From: Candidatus Cloacimonadota bacterium
GTDB taxonomy: Bacteria > Cloacimonadota > Cloacimonadia > JGIOTU-2
Assembly: GCA_049903315.1 (NCBI GenBank)
Contig: JBNGBT010000008.1
Coordinates: forward strand, 62,330-126,329
Direction: 5' to 3'
Length of the DNA stretch: 64,000 bases
Both the position numbers and the translations under genes were made by a program. The notes below the pieces were generated by a model. The model searched no databases. It saw only the letters and a program-made list of their open reading frames with translations, and had not been told where the DNA came from. How positions within the stretch are numbered: position 1 is the first letter of the stretch; each line of letters starts with the position of its first letter. Positions 60,570 through 64,000 of the stretch are shown one piece after another.

Positions 60570-60815
60570 ATGAAAAAATTCACTCGAATTTTACTATTCA
60601 TCTTTTGTGTGCTGATACTTTTTTGGGGATGCACAAAATTTGCAGGCATAAAATTCACTATTGATGAATCGAGCTGCATAGGATGCGGAAGGTGCTATGA
60701 CGCATGCCCTCATAATGCTATATTTTATAGCGAAGGAAAGGCAGTTATTATTCAGAGCAAATGCAAGCAGTGCGGATTGTGCGTGCCTGTCTGCCCGAAT
60801 GATGCGATCCATTAA
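60570..60815 (+). CDS. Small lipoprotein 2x[4Fe-4S] ferredoxin
   Basis: MKKFTRILLFIFCVLILFWG-C lipobox-like; CIGCGRCYDACP, CKQCGLCVPVCP; ATG at 60570 preferred. Confidence 0.82.
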   Translation: MKKFTRILLFIFCVLILFWGCTKFAGIKFTIDESSCIGCGRCYDACPHNAIFYSEGKAVIIQSKCKQCGLCVPVCPNDAIH

Positions 60816-60820
60816 GTATT

Positions 60821-61984
60821 ATGAAGAAATATTTCTTTTTTATCATATTATTACTCAACGCCAATATACTTTTGGGTGAGGGGCAGCTTTCTTATGAAGC
60901 TTCCTATGATGAAAATGAAGGTATCAGCCACAGGTTCGCATCGTATGTGACATCTCTTACGCAGAAGTGGCTCATCGAGAACATAACATACAGCTCCCTG
61001 CACAGTGAAGATGATAAAAAGAAGAATAAAGATGATGCACAATATTATCTTTTAAACTATATCAGAAATAAGGTTATAGCCACTCATTTTTCAGATTCTT
61101 ACCTTATTTCAGCATATCTTTCTGGGGAATATGATTTTGGAAGAAATATCAAAACTAATATTGCTGGTTTGCCGTATCAGTACACACTTGAAAACGGACT
61201 GACAACTGGATTGAGAGCAAATTACAAATTCTCAAACTTCGAAACAGATATGCGTCTGGACTATGACACGAAAAATTACAATTATGTAACACTCGACAGT
61301 AAAGAAGGACATCATACCGAAGCAAATCTACAAGGAAAGATCAAAACATCATTGTCATTATCAAAATCACTGAAAGCATACATCGAAGCTTATCATTACA
61401 ATGATTTGAATGAAAGCAGCAAGTTCGATTTTACCCGGTTCTATGCAGGATTATCTTTTGATAAGAAACTCAATTATATCCATTACCTCAGTATCGATGC
61501 CGCAGGTGGATATTCTGATATTGATTCTCTATTTCCCTATACATTTCGAACTGAAGCACGGGTGACAAGCAAGTTCATTCATGAGTGGATCGCAGTTGCA
61601 AAATTAAGCTACAATATCTGGACAAATAATGATATAGATGGAATATATTTTGGCAATACTTACGCAGAATTTCTTACTCAAAAGAATATTTCATTCACGC
61701 CAAATAATGAAGTGAGTAAATTCCAGATGTCTGCATCGCACTATTATCTGAGCAATCAAACTCTCTTGAAGACCAAGCTGGAATTCTATATAAATAAACT
61801 TATGTTATCATTATCGTACGGACGATACATCGGCAGGAATTTGCCATATGATAATAAGTTCATCGGCAAGATCGCATATCCGATTTTTCAAAATGTTTGC
61901 CTGTCCTATAGCTATCACTATCAGGACAATGTGGTAATTCCGGGAGTAAATGCTCATTCCTGCGGGATTGATGTGCTTTTTTAA
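60821..61984 (+). CDS. Putative outer-membrane beta-barrel protein
   Basis: Signal peptide; many aromatic-terminated amphipathic strands; ends CGIDVLF with a terminal Phe. Confidence 0.55.
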   Translation: MKKYFFFIILLLNANILLGEGQLSYEASYDENEGISHRFASYVTSLTQKWLIENITYSSLHSEDDKKKNKDDAQYYLLNYIRNKVIATHFSDSYLISAYLSGEYDFGRNIKTNIAGLPYQYTLENGLTTGLRANYKFSNFETDMRLDYDTKNYNYVTLDSKEGHHTEANLQGKIKTSLSLSKSLKAYIEAYHYNDLNESSKFDFTRFYAGLSFDKKLNYIHYLSIDAAGGYSDIDSLFPYTFRTEARVTSKFIHEWIAVAKLSYNIWTNNDIDGIYFGNTYAEFLTQKNISFTPNNEVSKFQMSASHYYLSNQTLLKTKLEFYINKLMLSLSYGRYIGRNLPYDNKFIGKIAYPIFQNVCLSYSYHYQDNVVIPGVNAHSCGIDVLF

Positions 61985-61987
61985 ATC

Positions 61988-62986
61988 ATGCTGAAAACGC
62001 TTGCAGAAGGATTCATGCTTGGATTGGCCACAGGTTCTGTGTGTCTTGTGACATGCACTCCGATCTATCTTCCTTATCTCTTATCTGAAGAACGTAAGCT
62101 AGCAAAAAGCTTGGGCATAGTCGCAGAAATTTCTGCTGGCAGGTTTTTTTCATATATCGCTTTTGGAGCAATTGCCGGATATGTCGGTGCAAATATTTCT
62201 AATATCAACAGAACACTTTTCACATCTATCGCATATATTTTACTCTCAATTTATCTTGTACTTTCTGCAGTGAGGGCAAGGCAACATGATAAAAAATGCC
62301 ATGTTTCAAAAATTGCAAGAATAACCAAAAGCGCATTTATTCTCGGCATTCTTACGGGCATAAATTTCTGTCCTGCATTTCTGATCGCACTTTCCAAGGC
62401 AGTAAATCTTGGGGGAGTAGTAAGTGGAATGATGCTTTTCCTCGGATTTTTTGGAGGTACCACCCTCTATCTTATTCCGATAGCATTTCTCGGGCAGCTT
62501 TCACGGATTCAGATAATGAAAAAGATAGGGCAAATCGCTTCACTGATCATTGCAGCATGGTTTATCTTCAGTGGAATTAGAGGGTTAGCCACTCTCAAAA
62601 AGCAGCGCAGTCACGTAGAGGTTCAGCTTGAAGAAAATGAAAGATTGGTAGATGTCTTTGCGCCTGATCAACAGATTTTGATCATATCCTCGGATGAAAA
62701 TGCCACATATTTTTCCGCATTGAGAGATTCCTTTACTGCCTGGAATATGCACGAGATTATTTATTTGCAGAATAATTCAGAATATGTGGACTCGCTCATG
62801 AAATATGAAAAGGGCATTGTCTTTTGTGACAATGAAATTGAATGCGAAAATCTTCGGTCCATCCTTCATAATTTTGATGTGTTTTATATTGAGAAAAACT
62901 ATCCGATAAGCCGGATACTCACATTCCTCAATAAGTTTACCTTCAAAACAGAGACAACTCTCCAGTGGGAGTTCAAAGAGCAGTAA
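61988..62986 (+). CDS. DsbD_2/TauE-like membrane protein with an extra C-terminal soluble domain
   Basis: GFMLGLATGSVCLVTCTP, GRFFSYIAFGAIAG, GILTGINFCPAF, FFGGTT; about six TM helices plus about 125-aa tail. Confidence 0.72.
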   Translation: MLKTLAEGFMLGLATGSVCLVTCTPIYLPYLLSEERKLAKSLGIVAEISAGRFFSYIAFGAIAGYVGANISNINRTLFTSIAYILLSIYLVLSAVRARQHDKKCHVSKIARITKSAFILGILTGINFCPAFLIALSKAVNLGGVVSGMMLFLGFFGGTTLYLIPIAFLGQLSRIQIMKKIGQIASLIIAAWFIFSGIRGLATLKKQRSHVEVQLEENERLVDVFAPDQQILIISSDENATYFSALRDSFTAWNMHEIIYLQNNSEYVDSLMKYEKGIVFCDNEIECENLRSILHNFDVFYIEKNYPISRILTFLNKFTFKTETTLQWEFKEQ

Positions 62987-63793
62987 TTACAGATACTGCA
63001 TCATTTCTTTATCTTTCACCTGACCGTAAAGCTCGATATAGGGCTTTACCGGGCTTGAGATAATCTTCGGAAAAAGAACTTCTTCGATCTGGAAGAAACC
63101 AGCGGATTGTGACATTTCTATTAAAATTTTAATAGGTTTTTTATCTCCCCGGATTATGTTCACTTTCTGGATAGAGCTTGCAGAATACTTATGAATATCC
63201 CCTACTCGTGGCTGTTGAGAGAGTAGGGTGGTGATGCGGGAACGCCCCTTTTCCATATCGCACCCATCGCCGATAAGTACGAGTCCTGCTTCAAGGGAAT
63301 AAATTTTTTCTGTAGCCATGTGTCCGAAAATGCCTTCGATGATCATTGCTTTCAGAATAGTTTTTTTCGGGATATTGTCTTTATAGATCGCATCGAGCAT
63401 CCGCCGAATAATCGGTTCTGCAAAAATAATTCCGATGATCTCATGATGGTCGCGGGTTGCAGTCATGCCGACGTCATGAAGAAGAGATGCTGCCAGAACG
63501 CATACTTTACTGTCCTGATATGAGCCCATGTGTTCTGATTCAAGATTGAACTTTATGCCTGCATTATGCAGGAGGTCAAACATGATGAGAGCATTCAGAG
63601 CTGCAGTTCTCATATGAACCGGTCCATGGTCATTATATCCAAGGCGCTTAATAGAAACAGTATTTGCAAAATCCTGAAGAGTCAGCACCTCTACATCATT
63701 AAAAATAAAGTTTGCTATCTCAGTAGATTTCCCCTCAAGATGGGTCAAGATCGATTTCTCAAGCGCTATTTGCTTACGTGTTTTCTTAATCAT
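62987..63793 (-). CDS. HD-domain metal-dependent phosphohydrolase
   Basis: YNDHGPVH, LLHDVGM, GDGCDMEKGRSR. Confidence 0.85.
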   Translation of the reverse strand: MIKKTRKQIALEKSILTHLEGKSTEIANFIFNDVEVLTLQDFANTVSIKRLGYNDHGPVHMRTAALNALIMFDLLHNAGIKFNLESEHMGSYQDSKVCVLAASLLHDVGMTATRDHHEIIGIIFAEPIIRRMLDAIYKDNIPKKTILKAMIIEGIFGHMATEKIYSLEAGLVLIGDGCDMEKGRSRITTLLSQQPRVGDIHKYSASSIQKVNIIRGDKKPIKILIEMSQSAGFFQIEEVLFPKIISSPVKPYIELYGQVKDKEMMQYL

Positions 63794-63879
63794 AATAAGT
63801 TTTCATTTCCATTGTTATATTTCATAAATAGTGTAAAAGTATTACTATTCATGTCAATAATTATCTAAAGATCTCTATT

Positions 63880-63906
63880 AAAAAGGAATGCCCCATGGGG
63901 CATTCC
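63880..63906 (-). terminator. Intrinsic terminator (- strand)
   Basis: Perfect 22-bp palindrome GGAATGCCCCATGGGGCATTCC followed on the - strand by TTTTT; shortly after a - strand TGA at 63934-63936 that may end a gene entering from the window edge. Confidence 0.7.
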
Positions 63907-64000
63907 CATTTCTATAAATTATATGTAAGATTTTCACGCGTTGTTTACACTTTTAGGGAAGAAATATGCTATTAATTTCTCCATTGGTGTTAACTCGTCA

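Noticed and set aside
53866..62986. Multiheme cytochrome, reductive dehalogenase or Rnf/Nap operon
   Set aside because: No CxxCH motifs and no catalytic RdhA, NapA or Rnf subunits; only ferredoxin-type and CxxxCP motifs

Overview
Bacterial chromosomal segment, AT-rich and densely coding. It is probably from an anaerobic diderm of the FCB group, most like Cloacimonadota; this is inferred from the C-terminal NYPNPF...IYNIKGQ sorting-type domains. Left to right it contains: (1) an mnmG-rsmG-parA-parB-M23-bactofilin block running into a complete F1Fo ATP synthase operon with Na+-type signatures and two c-subunit genes, one a head-to-tail triple fusion; (2) miscellaneous metabolic and transport genes; (3) a cobalamin-riboswitch-controlled B12 uptake operon split by an oppositely oriented rrf2-iscS-iscU block; (4) a PTS-EIIA/antiporter/PII-like/HPP operon; (5) housekeeping genes and an ECF sigma/anti-sigma module; and (6) a tightly packed operon of about 14 kb (49022-62986) behind a sigma-54 promoter. 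That operon is the best candidate for an undescribed system. It encodes its own two-component activator, a NapH-like membrane Fe-S protein, several ferredoxins with export signals, two putative outer-membrane barrels, a DsbD_2-like membrane protein and a 1720-aa protein with 14 FN3-like repeats capped by a ferredoxin domain at each end. It may be a heme-free, Fe-S-based electron conduit across the envelope. Several REP-like palindromes occur between genes and in frame inside a gene. No rRNA, tRNA, CRISPR array or transposase was recognised. All calls come from reading motifs by eye, with no database searches.
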